DNA of 64,000 nucleotides from Minisyncoccota bacterium. GTDB taxonomy: Bacteria > Patescibacteriota > Minisyncoccia > Phycocordibacterales > VMEP01. The stretch is taken from assembly GCA_041661305.1 (NCBI GenBank), contig JBAZUR010000001.1, positions 387,684-451,683 on the forward strand, read 5' to 3'. The notes beneath the pieces were generated by a model that did not search any database, was not told where the DNA came from, and saw only the letters and a program-made list of their open reading frames with translations. Each line of letters opens with the position of its first letter. The stretch's first letter is position 1. Below are positions 18,701-26,145 of this stretch, one piece after another. Both the position numbers and the translations under genes were made by a program.

Positions 18701-19088
18701 TAACTATCGGGTATGGATTGGCGTTTTTTATTTCACCAGGAAACCCGATTGTCGCGCCGGGAACAGTCTGGGTAAGTGTAGTCGGAAGATCAACCTGAAC
18801 AGACCCAAAATGGTAATAATCAAAACAATCAACTGCCCCCTCGGGGGAAGTCCCAGAGGTATCAATACCAGAAGGATTACTCAAAAGAATAAAAGAGGTC
18901 ATCTTTTCTTTTTCTTCATTTGTCCAAGTCTTTTGGTCTTTCTTTAAAATAGCCTGTATCTCAGCTGGAGCGTCCTCTATATTAACTGTCGGTGTGCTAG
19001 GTGACGAAGGAGTTGTCACTTGAGCTTGCGACAATAGTGCTGATGTAAAAAGTAACAAAAATAAAACAAAACCGAAAAGTTTTTTCAT
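15723..19088 (-). CDS. Large secreted/surface protein (1121 aa): signal peptide, approximately 450-aa beta-rich domain, hydrophobic hairpin (two adjacent TM segments), then a Cys/Gly/Ser/Trp-rich region with PKD/Ig-like repeats
   Basis: N-terminal MKKLFGFVLFLLLFTSALLSQAQ. The hydrophobic hairpin is TGAIILGGLIILSIIYVLWAVLKGRKKLPISLTLILIFLGSSFIAPTTVEA. Repeated DIDGDNVRYGFDWNFD and DADIDGSIVAYEWRLGNC are PKD-like, and there are more than 40 Cys in the C-terminal half. Confidence 0.7.
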   Translation of the reverse strand: MKKLFGFVLFLLLFTSALLSQAQVTTPSSPSTPTVNIEDAPAEIQAILKKDQKTWTNEEKEKMTSFILLSNPSGIDTSGTSPEGAVDCFDYYHFGSVQVDLPTTLTQTVPGATIGFPGEIKNANPYPIVNGQVYVKIFRQQAGENFDQENGFDLVDQFSLDETFNIPANGSKKTSFLWKVPDNTPAGDYIASFFFQTAKRYNLLGLSFTDDVVGNQVYFSVVSDRKISVVTFDKSTVTLNKQPHRFAAFPLHFSKDEPVSVVVKLVNPKNESVTVPVVWKLYNWDGLREENLKDTKTESIKLKPEEVKEISYSALPTGAIVSYLVVETNDGPSKSILNIRFVRDGIEETRINFPSIMSYPLEKNKENTLFSCVHAVSDGVVKDNTLTLTLNDEKGRLIHSYEYAGNITSAMMGVKDLFTPKKNYTTFSLTATLKHKGEVVEEVKEVYDCRDINPDICPKKTNTGAIILGGLIILSIIYVLWAVLKGRKKLPISLTLILIFLGSSFIAPTTVEAKSVGTSFGLPILGFSEGSANPTGYGVAGITATVLYNATVTLFGSEVLDGSSIPTGATVRVTWNPSSGASSWVGTGGEYDSPYGRWDTSAKSCTTYNECTNINYVSGGWYYIIYQGDMATIPPSFSVSGSGLSCGATLGGVRTSGPYNSFFCSQYPGDPMWCATVVSYSPFYSDCIVTASSGQSISMNIAYPATNGSLRAGQFISYDGRQTGQYGRSGGLSYSVPAMSLSYSFTAAPPSNLPSTPTLVYQDPSLVNTPVSFTATATDIDGDNVRYGFDWNFDTVIDEWAPAIGYVPSGTPQTISRTWNTTGTKVFYVRTQDSNNNQSANVFKTVSIVTTIVNGSCGPADGTTRLTTAPTSGLCNTGTPGFVWNFTDRYQWDCRGINGANPTCRAYKNKTPTATMISPATNITINSSQSQQFSGAATDADIDGSIVAYEWRLGNCTSGTLISSLTSFARSFVPGTYWIFFRAQDDSGAWSSTWPSFCQGRQLVVTTPDPIPGVCGSANGAPTQKKPTSGLCNTVGLPGPVVLPEDINILPESDPALSWTWTCAGEYSGASASCSSVGTVCDSDGVCRQLGTSCGDDRCQASKGENPSTCRADCRVNFFEF

Positions 19089-19160
19089 GTTAACTAAAGT
19101 ATAACATCCGTTTTCATTTTTAAAGACGAATTATACACAGGTTCAACTTTCCTTCAGGCG

Positions 19161-22100
19161 CTATGGTTCAACACCATATACCCAATTGAGAACGCCGTAT
19201 CTTTGATGTGGTGGGGTTGTTGTGACTGTTCCAGTAAAAAAGTTATTAAAAGATATTCTCTCTGCGCTGTTAACCAACCCTCCAGATCTAAGCGGACTTT
19301 CGTAAATAACAGCAAAATAATTTGCGCCCGAAACAAAATTACTTGGATTTATATTAAACAACTGTCCATATTCCGCACTCGTCCCCATATCTAATCCGTA
19401 GATACTAGTTGAACTACCGACTACCCCCTTATACAAACCAGCTACTTTCTGTCCAGTCAAAGAATCCGTCAAAAAACGACAATTATAATAAGACGAGCCC
19501 GAACGGGTCGGAACGTAATACCCTCCCTCCATAAAACTTGCTGTTTGTGGATCACAATAGAAACCAACTTTCCCCATACTGATACTGTTTCGTGTCTTTG
19601 GGGTTCCATTAATAATATTTCCGTCTTTGTCATGTCCCGCCAAATAAGAACCGTCGTTGGTCCCCCAATTATTTTTATCACTTCCAATCGTATCGACATG
19701 TTTTCTTTCCATTGTTTTGTAGTCCGGAGAACCACTACCACCGCACCAACCACTACAATCCGCCAAAACCGGAGTCTGGTCGATAGTTGTAGTTGAAGCA
19801 CCTCCGCCAAAATTTAAACTCAAAACTTCCCCGTCATTTGCAAGTCCAGACCCTCCACCAGTTCCACTGAATGGAACAGGCAAATCAATCGAAACGTCAG
19901 AAAAAATATCCCCTGCTTCACCGCGCCCTATCAAAAAATATCCGTACGCTGGTATGGTTCCTGAAAGCGAGATGTGTGGAGTGCCGTCTTCGGCGGATAT
20001 ACTAAAACCAGATAGGTTAAGTGGTAAATTGGTTCTATTTTTTAACTCAATCCATTCGTCGTATGACGACGCATCAGTTCCCGCCCAAGCAACTTCATTA
20101 ATTACAATTGGCATATAGCTTGCGGTGAAATATGCAGTATTGCCAACAGTGGACAAATCGCGGTTTCCAAAAATACTCACCGCCACAACTTTTATATCGT
20201 ACGGCCCTGCTGTTGTGGGGATAACAACAGAAGTATCGCTTGTCGTGGTAATAGTTGAAAATCCAGTCAAACTTGTGCCTTTGATTATTTCAAAATAACT
20301 ATAGTTAGGCGTACTTGCCGACCAAGAAATAGTAGCTTGTCCTTCCGGAAGAAAGCACGACTGCGGTGGTGCCTGTAAAGAGTTGGCACATTCTAGAACG
20401 CTCACGTTTGTTGCTCTTGGTTGTATTGTGTAAACATTAAAAATAGCGTCTCGTGAAACAGAGGTGTTGCCATCTTGATCGACAGCAAAAAACTTTATCG
20501 TTGTTGTTCCCTCCGGCAAATCAGAAAATGAAAGCGACCATGTGCTAGTAGAAGAAGCGACTACTGTCGCGTTGTTAAAATCATTTCCTATTGTAAATCC
20601 AGGCGTTGAAGTTCCAGAAAAAGTAACGGAATTTGTGCGTAGTTGTAATGGAAAATTATGTGAGGTAATTGATGGCGGAGAGATATTTGGGACATCAACC
20701 GATAAGGTAATTTCTTGTTGAGCGATGTTTTCATTATCAGGAATTGTTGCAAGAAATCGTATTGTGCTTATGCCATTTGGAAAATCAGAAATGGTAATAG
20801 ACCAGTCCCCTGTTTCTAATGAAGTTGTGGTGGATTGCGAATATGAATTTGAAATTGTTGCACCAGGAGTGGATGTGCCTGAAAATATTATAGTTGTCTC
20901 AGTAAACGCGTTAGAAAAATCGCTTGGTGATATAACGGAAATAAAAACCGAACTAGCTTGCGAAACTTCTGTTATCGATGTTTCTTCCTCCGTCGCCTGT
21001 TCTGTAGCCGGCGTTGTAATTACTGGGGCTGACACTGGCGCTCCACCGCCAAAACCAGGAGAAAAACCACTTCCAAAATTTATTTTTGGCATAGGAATAT
21101 TATCTGTGACTGGTGTTGGGGGTGTTTCTGTTGAAGTTGTTTGTTTTTGCACTTGAGGTTCTGTCTCTGTCTCGCTTGGTTGAGCAATAATCTGCTCAGC
21201 ATCTTGAGTGACTGGTGTGTTATTTTCTGAAGCTAAAACCGAAGTGGTGTCTGATTTTTGTTCCTCCGTTGGTATTTGTTGAACTTGCGCATCATTTGCT
21301 GTGGCGAGAACAACGGCCGCACCAGAATTTGAATCGCCAAAGGCTAGGTCTGTGGCGGCGCGTATTCCAGAACCAATCGTTGACGCAATATTTTTAATAG
21401 CACCCACCGTAGCGACACCGGCAGAGTAAACACCTCCCGCCGTTTCAACTACAACAGTTTTTGTTGTGTCCGCGACAGGATCAATAACAGCCAGCACTGC
21501 TCCTTGTACCTTGTGTGTGGTTGTAAGTTTAGGAGAAGCAATGCATGGCAAATTCTCGTTTTGATTTTTATTTGTCTTTAAATTATCGAGTGAGGATTTA
21601 ATATCAGACACAATTTGGGCGCTACGATACTTCATATAAACATCTGAAAAACTATGTCCGAGCTTATCATCACCATCTTTCAAAATGATTTTGGTATTCG
21701 CCGACATAATTTTCTTAAGCGGAACACTTCCAACAAAATCAGAAATAACTTTATCTGTACTTGAAGTAAGCCATTTTCCACCACCGGCAACACGACTAGC
21801 TGGAGTGGCAACAGAATAAACAGCAATAGAGCCTGCGGAAGCATTCCCGGGTTGTCCAAAAACTTTGTCATGGAAACTGTTGGCATAAAAATTGCCCTGT
21901 GAATGGGCAACGAGAAGCACTTTTTTGGTTTTAACTTTTTCACTCGCAGACTTCAACATCTCAACAAGATCATAATCTTGCACTGTTTCATCTTCAAAAA
22001 TCTTTTGGTATGTGGCGACAAAGGCGTCACCTAAACCACCAACATGAGATGGGTTGAGAAGATATTCATACTTAATTTTTTGGTTATTCCAAACAAAACC

Positions 22101-22274
22101 AACTTTTTTCATGAGTGCCTCCATATTCGCCACGGCGCCACTTTCGTCAGTAAAAACACCGTTTATAGTAGCCACCGTATAACCATCTGGGGAACAGTTT
22201 TTTACGCTAGAAGTAGCGAAAGAGACTGGTGGAAAAAACAAGCCAATGATTAAAAAATTAAATAAAAATTTCAT
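19161..22274 (-). CDS. Large secreted protein (1037 aa): N-terminal alpha/beta-hydrolase (lipase/esterase-like, GxSxG = AHSQG), Ser/Thr-rich linker, Ig-like repeats, lamin-tail domain (LTD), C-terminal domain
   Basis: Signal peptide MKFLFNFLIIGLFFPPVSFA. Lipase elbow KKVLLVAHSQGNFYAN. LTD signature IVINEVAWAGT....DEWIELKN. Duplicated FSGTSTPG...TISN segments. Confidence 0.7.
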   Translation of the reverse strand: MKFLFNFLIIGLFFPPVSFATSSVKNCSPDGYTVATINGVFTDESGAVANMEALMKKVGFVWNNQKIKYEYLLNPSHVGGLGDAFVATYQKIFEDETVQDYDLVEMLKSASEKVKTKKVLLVAHSQGNFYANSFHDKVFGQPGNASAGSIAVYSVATPASRVAGGGKWLTSSTDKVISDFVGSVPLKKIMSANTKIILKDGDDKLGHSFSDVYMKYRSAQIVSDIKSSLDNLKTNKNQNENLPCIASPKLTTTHKVQGAVLAVIDPVADTTKTVVVETAGGVYSAGVATVGAIKNIASTIGSGIRAATDLAFGDSNSGAAVVLATANDAQVQQIPTEEQKSDTTSVLASENNTPVTQDAEQIIAQPSETETEPQVQKQTTSTETPPTPVTDNIPMPKINFGSGFSPGFGGGAPVSAPVITTPATEQATEEETSITEVSQASSVFISVISPSDFSNAFTETTIIFSGTSTPGATISNSYSQSTTTSLETGDWSITISDFPNGISTIRFLATIPDNENIAQQEITLSVDVPNISPPSITSHNFPLQLRTNSVTFSGTSTPGFTIGNDFNNATVVASSTSTWSLSFSDLPEGTTTIKFFAVDQDGNTSVSRDAIFNVYTIQPRATNVSVLECANSLQAPPQSCFLPEGQATISWSASTPNYSYFEIIKGTSLTGFSTITTTSDTSVVIPTTAGPYDIKVVAVSIFGNRDLSTVGNTAYFTASYMPIVINEVAWAGTDASSYDEWIELKNRTNLPLNLSGFSISAEDGTPHISLSGTIPAYGYFLIGRGEAGDIFSDVSIDLPVPFSGTGGGSGLANDGEVLSLNFGGGASTTTIDQTPVLADCSGWCGGSGSPDYKTMERKHVDTIGSDKNNWGTNDGSYLAGHDKDGNIINGTPKTRNSISMGKVGFYCDPQTASFMEGGYYVPTRSGSSYYNCRFLTDSLTGQKVAGLYKGVVGSSTSIYGLDMGTSAEYGQLFNINPSNFVSGANYFAVIYESPLRSGGLVNSAERISFNNFFTGTVTTTPPHQRYGVLNWVYGVEP

Positions 22275-22276
22275 GT

Positions 22277-22903
22277 TTAGCTAACCAACACAGAAACATC
22301 TAAATCACACTCATCTTCAGACACAGAGTAGCTCCCAACGTATTCGTAAAAATTTTTTATATATTTTTTTCTCTCTTCTGTATTTACCTGGCGTTGTTTA
22401 ACAAAATTCTCGTTTTTTTCAGTTTCTGCGGTAAATTTATCCATATCCTCACGTGAACTAATACTCCAAATACATTTAAGTGCCTTACTTTGATTATCCT
22501 CCACGACCGCTGTAGCGGTTTCTCTGTTTAAAACAGGTAAGGTCATCTCAAGTTGTAGTGCGAGTGCGTACTGAAGCAACACCGCTCTAGTTTTCGCCGA
22601 GTTTGGATATTCTTTAAAAATAGCTAGTTCAACGTCATCACGAATTCCGTTTTGGTTGGCGTCAATTCCTGCGACAGTCTTATCTGCCTCAGTCCCCGGG
22701 TCTGGTGGCAAGTTCTTGCCCATTACATCATCCAACGTGAGCTTCGTCGCATGGATTTTTTCAACCTGCACGTTAGTTTTATCTACAGTCCAAAAATAAT
22801 AAGCGCGAACAATTACCAGCGCGACATAAATAATAAAAATAACAACGAGAATTCGTACTAAAATTTTTCTCCACCCCAAATTTAAAATGGACATATTCCC
22901 CAA
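22277..22903 (-). CDS. N-terminally membrane-anchored hypothetical protein (208 aa); stop/start abuts the 1037-aa gene
   Basis: TM helix ILVRILVVIFIIYVALVIV followed by a soluble domain. There is a 2-nt gap to the downstream gene. Confidence 0.5.
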   Translation of the reverse strand: MGNMSILNLGWRKILVRILVVIFIIYVALVIVRAYYFWTVDKTNVQVEKIHATKLTLDDVMGKNLPPDPGTEADKTVAGIDANQNGIRDDVELAIFKEYPNSAKTRAVLLQYALALQLEMTLPVLNRETATAVVEDNQSKALKCIWSISSREDMDKFTAETEKNENFVKQRQVNTEERKKYIKNFYEYVGSYSVSEDECDLDVSVLVS

Positions 22904-22977
22904 ATCTTAACAAACAACGCACCTCATTTCCCTCGCCTTCAACCAAACATGTGGATAACTCAAAAACACATACCCCT

Positions 22978-23027
22978 ATATCCCACTACTATTATTCTGC
23001 TATAGCAGAATAATAGTAGTGGGATAT
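22978..23027. promoter_or_regulatory. Perfect 50-bp palindrome (23-bp arms around a TATA centre), copy 1; candidate operator/bidirectional terminator between the PaaX-like gene and the surface-protein operon
   Basis: Sequence atatcccactactattattctgc-tata-gcagaataatagtagtgggatat is read directly. It shares a 38-bp core with copy 2. Confidence 0.7.
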
Positions 23028-23063
23028 TTGAATAATCAAAAAAACACCCGTTAAGTCACGATA

Positions 23064-23636
23064 TTAATCGGAGATAATAAATTTTCTTTTAAGAGCTTGG
23101 TCGTTCTCTATTTTGTCGGCAATTATATAAAGAACGTCCTTCCCTATTTTAAAATCCGCTTTCATTAAAGTAATCAGGTCTTCGCAGTCATATGGATACA
23201 CCCAAACACTGTCCTGAAGTTTCAAAAAACCGAAACTTTCTAAGGTTCTCCTTAATTTTTCCCTAAGTAATTTTCTCTCTTCTTTAAGGTCGTAAATAAC
23301 AATTCTCCATTTTCCGTCCCATTTTTTTGGTTTAGGTAATTCACCTTCGTCGTACATATAATACAAATGTCTTTCTCCTTCAGGGGTAAGCCTGGCAAAA
23401 GTTCCATTTTGTGTTTTCTCAAATCTAACTAGACCTCTTTCAACAAGACGCGTAACTGAACGTTTCACCCAATAACCATCTTTCCTCAAAATACCCAGCT
23501 TACCAAAAGCTCCGATTACGCTCGGCGCTATCAATGCAACGCTCAATAATCCAGCACCCTTAACAACAGACAAAACGACTTTTTGCACATTTTCTTTTTG
23601 TGTCCGCTTTTTTGATTCTTTTTCGAGAGCTCCCAT
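23064..23636 (-). CDS. PaaX-family-like transcriptional regulator (N-terminal winged helix + C-terminal Cas2-fold PaaX_C-like domain)
   Basis: A wHTH-like segment VTRLVERGLVRFEKTQNGTFARLTPEGERHLYY. The C-terminal WRIVIYDLKEERKLLREKLRRTLESFGFLKLQDSVWVYP has a Cas2/PaaX_C-like beta-alpha-beta pattern. Confidence 0.55.
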   Translation of the reverse strand: MGALEKESKKRTQKENVQKVVLSVVKGAGLLSVALIAPSVIGAFGKLGILRKDGYWVKRSVTRLVERGLVRFEKTQNGTFARLTPEGERHLYYMYDEGELPKPKKWDGKWRIVIYDLKEERKLLREKLRRTLESFGFLKLQDSVWVYPYDCEDLITLMKADFKIGKDVLYIIADKIENDQALKRKFIISD

Positions 23637-23661
23637 TTTTTTCTTTTTCTTTCTTTTCCCT

Positions 23662-23719
23662 ATCTTACACTCACTACTATTATTCTGCTATAGCAGAATA
23701 ATAGTAGTGAGTGTAAGAT
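23662..23719. promoter_or_regulatory. Perfect 58-bp palindrome (27-bp arms around a TATA centre), copy 2; sits in the promoter region of the PaaX-like gene
   Basis: Sequence atcttacactcactactattattctgc-tata-gcagaataatagtagtgagtgtaagat is read directly. Confidence 0.7.
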
Positions 23720-23725
23720 GATCTT

Positions 23726-24604
23726 CTATACATTTTTCTGCCAAGAAAAATCTCCGCGTGCAGTTTTTTTGCCGTCTTTTTTTAAGTAGTCTTCCAAAAG
23801 CTCCGAACTTGAACGAACCTTTCCACTTTTACCAATATTGAAAACCATTTCCACTCCCAAATCTTTACAAATTTTCGCTTCTGGTATCGCATCTTCATCT
23901 TTCCTGTCGCCACCGTTAGCAAAAATTTGCGGTCGTATTTTTTCAATTGCCTCCCCCACGTCATCACGATCAGTTTCTAAGATAAAAACATCATCAACAT
24001 GCTTAATCCCTTTTATTAGGGCGGCGCGATCATTTTGGTTCATGAAATACTTTCCTTTTTTACGAATCAACCATGCATCACAATTAATAACAACTATAAG
24101 TTTGTCTCCTAAAGCCTTAGCTTCCTCAAACATCTCTAAGTGTCCTACGTGTATCGGATCAAAACCACCACTAACAACAACTATTTTTTCTTTTTTATCC
24201 ATCTGCAAAACATCTCCGCCCGTCCTGCCGTAATCATCTTCGTATCGAACGATGTCTCCTTCATCAGCAGAGCTACCGTGCACAAGCTCAAAATAAACAC
24301 CGCGAAGCAATCTGTGTTTCTCTTTAGGCTTCACTCTGTAAAAACCAACGTGCCATTCATGGTGTTTATCATCTTCTTCTGTTCCTTGAATCCCTTTACC
24401 GCGAACTATTCTAAAATATATCCCAGGAAGCACGTAGTGTTTGTTTTTAGGTGTAACTTTATACACCCCAAGTTGCCACTCAGTGCGATTATTATGACTC
24501 TGAAGACTTGTCTGCCCACCAACCACAATAAACTTAACCCAGAAATTTTTATGGTGAACAAGCTTCCACATTCTCCCCCATGGTCGTTTTGTATAAAAAG
24601 TCAT
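23726..24604 (-). CDS. Fusion protein: N-terminal tandem cupin modules (mannose-6-phosphate-isomerase type II-like 'RPWG' motif) + C-terminal HxGH nucleotidyltransferase (RfaE/HldE domain-II-like heptose-1-phosphate adenylyl/cytidylyltransferase)
   Basis: KRPWGRMWKL...VKFIVVGGQTSLQSHNNRTEW. There is an internal repeat GVYKVTPKNKHYVLPGIYFRIVRG / GFYRVKPKEKHRLLRGVYFELVHG. The motif VVVSGGFDPIHVGHLEMFEEAKALGDKLIVVIN is the nucleotidyltransferase signature. Confidence 0.55.
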   Translation of the reverse strand: MTFYTKRPWGRMWKLVHHKNFWVKFIVVGGQTSLQSHNNRTEWQLGVYKVTPKNKHYVLPGIYFRIVRGKGIQGTEEDDKHHEWHVGFYRVKPKEKHRLLRGVYFELVHGSSADEGDIVRYEDDYGRTGGDVLQMDKKEKIVVVSGGFDPIHVGHLEMFEEAKALGDKLIVVINCDAWLIRKKGKYFMNQNDRAALIKGIKHVDDVFILETDRDDVGEAIEKIRPQIFANGGDRKDEDAIPEAKICKDLGVEMVFNIGKSGKVRSSSELLEDYLKKDGKKTARGDFSWQKNV

Positions 24605-24705
24605 TTTATTTTTTTACAGTATAAACTAAATTATTATAAGGTCTAACCTTATAAAATATGTAACATTTTGGTTCTAAATATTGTTATATAGTAGAGTAAC
24701 AAAAA

Positions 24706-24731
24706 TGACACTTTTTGACACTTATTGACAC
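24706..24731 (+). promoter_or_regulatory. Three direct TGACAC(TT) boxes at exact 10-bp spacing (24706, 24716, 24726), 30 bp upstream of the HTH_17-gmd operon start; promoter -35 region / regulator binding array
   Basis: Sequence atgacactttttgacacttattgacacc followed by ...tttttactaatact... and ATG at 24763. Confidence 0.5.
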
Positions 24732-24762
24732 CTTCCCTATTTTTACTAATACTTAACAAATC

Positions 24763-25011
24763 ATGACAGAAGAGATACACCCAAATGCTGTTTATACAAC
24801 AGCAGAAACACAAACTATTCTTAAAATAAGTGATAGTACGGTAAAACGTATGCTAAAAAACGGTCTTATTCGTGCTAATAAAGTCGGCGGACAATACAGA
24901 ATTATGGGAAAAGAACTACTTCGTATCCTCTCCCCCGATCTAGAAAAAGAAACAACGCAATCTTATTTAAAAATAAAAAAGAAGGTAGTCGCCAAAATCA
25001 ACAGATGGTAA
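24763..25011 (+). CDS. Small HTH_17 (excisionase-family) DNA-binding protein, translationally coupled to gmd
   Basis: Motif [30 protein letters not shown] (HTH_17 pattern). The stop overlaps the gmd start. Confidence 0.65.
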   Translation: MTEEIHPNAVYTTAETQTILKISDSTVKRMLKNGLIRANKVGGQYRIMGKELLRILSPDLEKETTQSYLKIKKKVVAKINRW

Positions 25012-26129
25012 GAATAATAAAAAATAAAAAGCTAATAATAAAAATGAAAAAAACAACAAATAAAAAAAATATCGGTAAAGTATCAACTAAAAATAAAGTA
25101 GCTTTTGTTACTGGAATCACAGGACAAGATGGCTCCTATTTAGCTGAGTTGCTTTTAGAAAAAGGTTATGAAGTACACGGACTCATCCGCCGTGCTAGCA
25201 ATTTCAACACACAAAGAATAGATCATCTCTACAGCGACCCACATAAACACAATGGTAAATTTTTTCTACATTTCGGAGACCTTTCGGATTCGAGCAACCT
25301 AAATCGTATCTTAAGCGAGGTGAAGCCAGACGAAATCTACCATCTTGGAGCACAAAGCCATGTGCGTGTTAGTTTTGATATTCCAGAATATACAGGAGAC
25401 GTCACCGGACTTGGAACAATTCGTCTTCTTGATGCCATGCGTGAAGTTGGTTTAAATAAAACAAAATTTTATCAAGCATCGTCAAGCGAGATGTTTGGTA
25501 AAGCTATCGAAATACCACTCAAAGAAACAACACCTTTTCACCCACGCTCACCATATGGTGTTGCAAAAGTTTACGCATATTGGATAACAAAAAATTATCG
25601 TGAAAGCTATGGAATGTTCGCGTCAAATGGAATATTGTTTAATCACGAAAGCGAAAGACGTGGCGAAACATTCGTCACAAGAAAAATTACACAGGGTCTT
25701 TCTCGTATAAAACTCGGCAAGGAACAAAAACTGTATCTTGGTAATCTTGATGCAATGCGCGATTGGGGTCACGCAAAAGATTATGTTTATGGAATGTGGC
25801 TTATGTTGCAACACAAAGAACCAGATGATTTCATTTTAGCGACCAACGAATCACACAGTGTACGTGAATTTGTAGAAGAAGCCGGAAGGGTTCTTGGGAT
25901 GAATATTGTATGGAGCGGTAAAGGTTTAAAAGAAAAAGGAATTGATAAAAATACAGGTAAGACAATAATTGAGATAGATCCAAGATATTTCCGCCCGGCA
26001 GAAGTAGATGTCTTAAGGGGAGATTATTCAAAAGCAAAAAATAAACTAGGTTGGAAACCAGAAATAAAGTTCAAAGAACTTGTGAGGTTAATGACAGAAT
26101 CGGATTATGAATTAGTTAAAAGTTCATAA
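25005..26129 (+). CDS. gmd: GDP-mannose 4,6-dehydratase (true start may be the internal Met at about 25044)
   Basis: [32 protein letters not shown] is near-canonical Gmd, and the rest is conserved along the length. Confidence 0.9.
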   Translation: MVRIIKNKKLIIKMKKTTNKKNIGKVSTKNKVAFVTGITGQDGSYLAELLLEKGYEVHGLIRRASNFNTQRIDHLYSDPHKHNGKFFLHFGDLSDSSNLNRILSEVKPDEIYHLGAQSHVRVSFDIPEYTGDVTGLGTIRLLDAMREVGLNKTKFYQASSSEMFGKAIEIPLKETTPFHPRSPYGVAKVYAYWITKNYRESYGMFASNGILFNHESERRGETFVTRKITQGLSRIKLGKEQKLYLGNLDAMRDWGHAKDYVYGMWLMLQHKEPDDFILATNESHSVREFVEEAGRVLGMNIVWSGKGLKEKGIDKNTGKTIIEIDPRYFRPAEVDVLRGDYSKAKNKLGWKPEIKFKELVRLMTESDYELVKSS

Positions 26130-26145
26130 AATTTGTAAAATAGAA

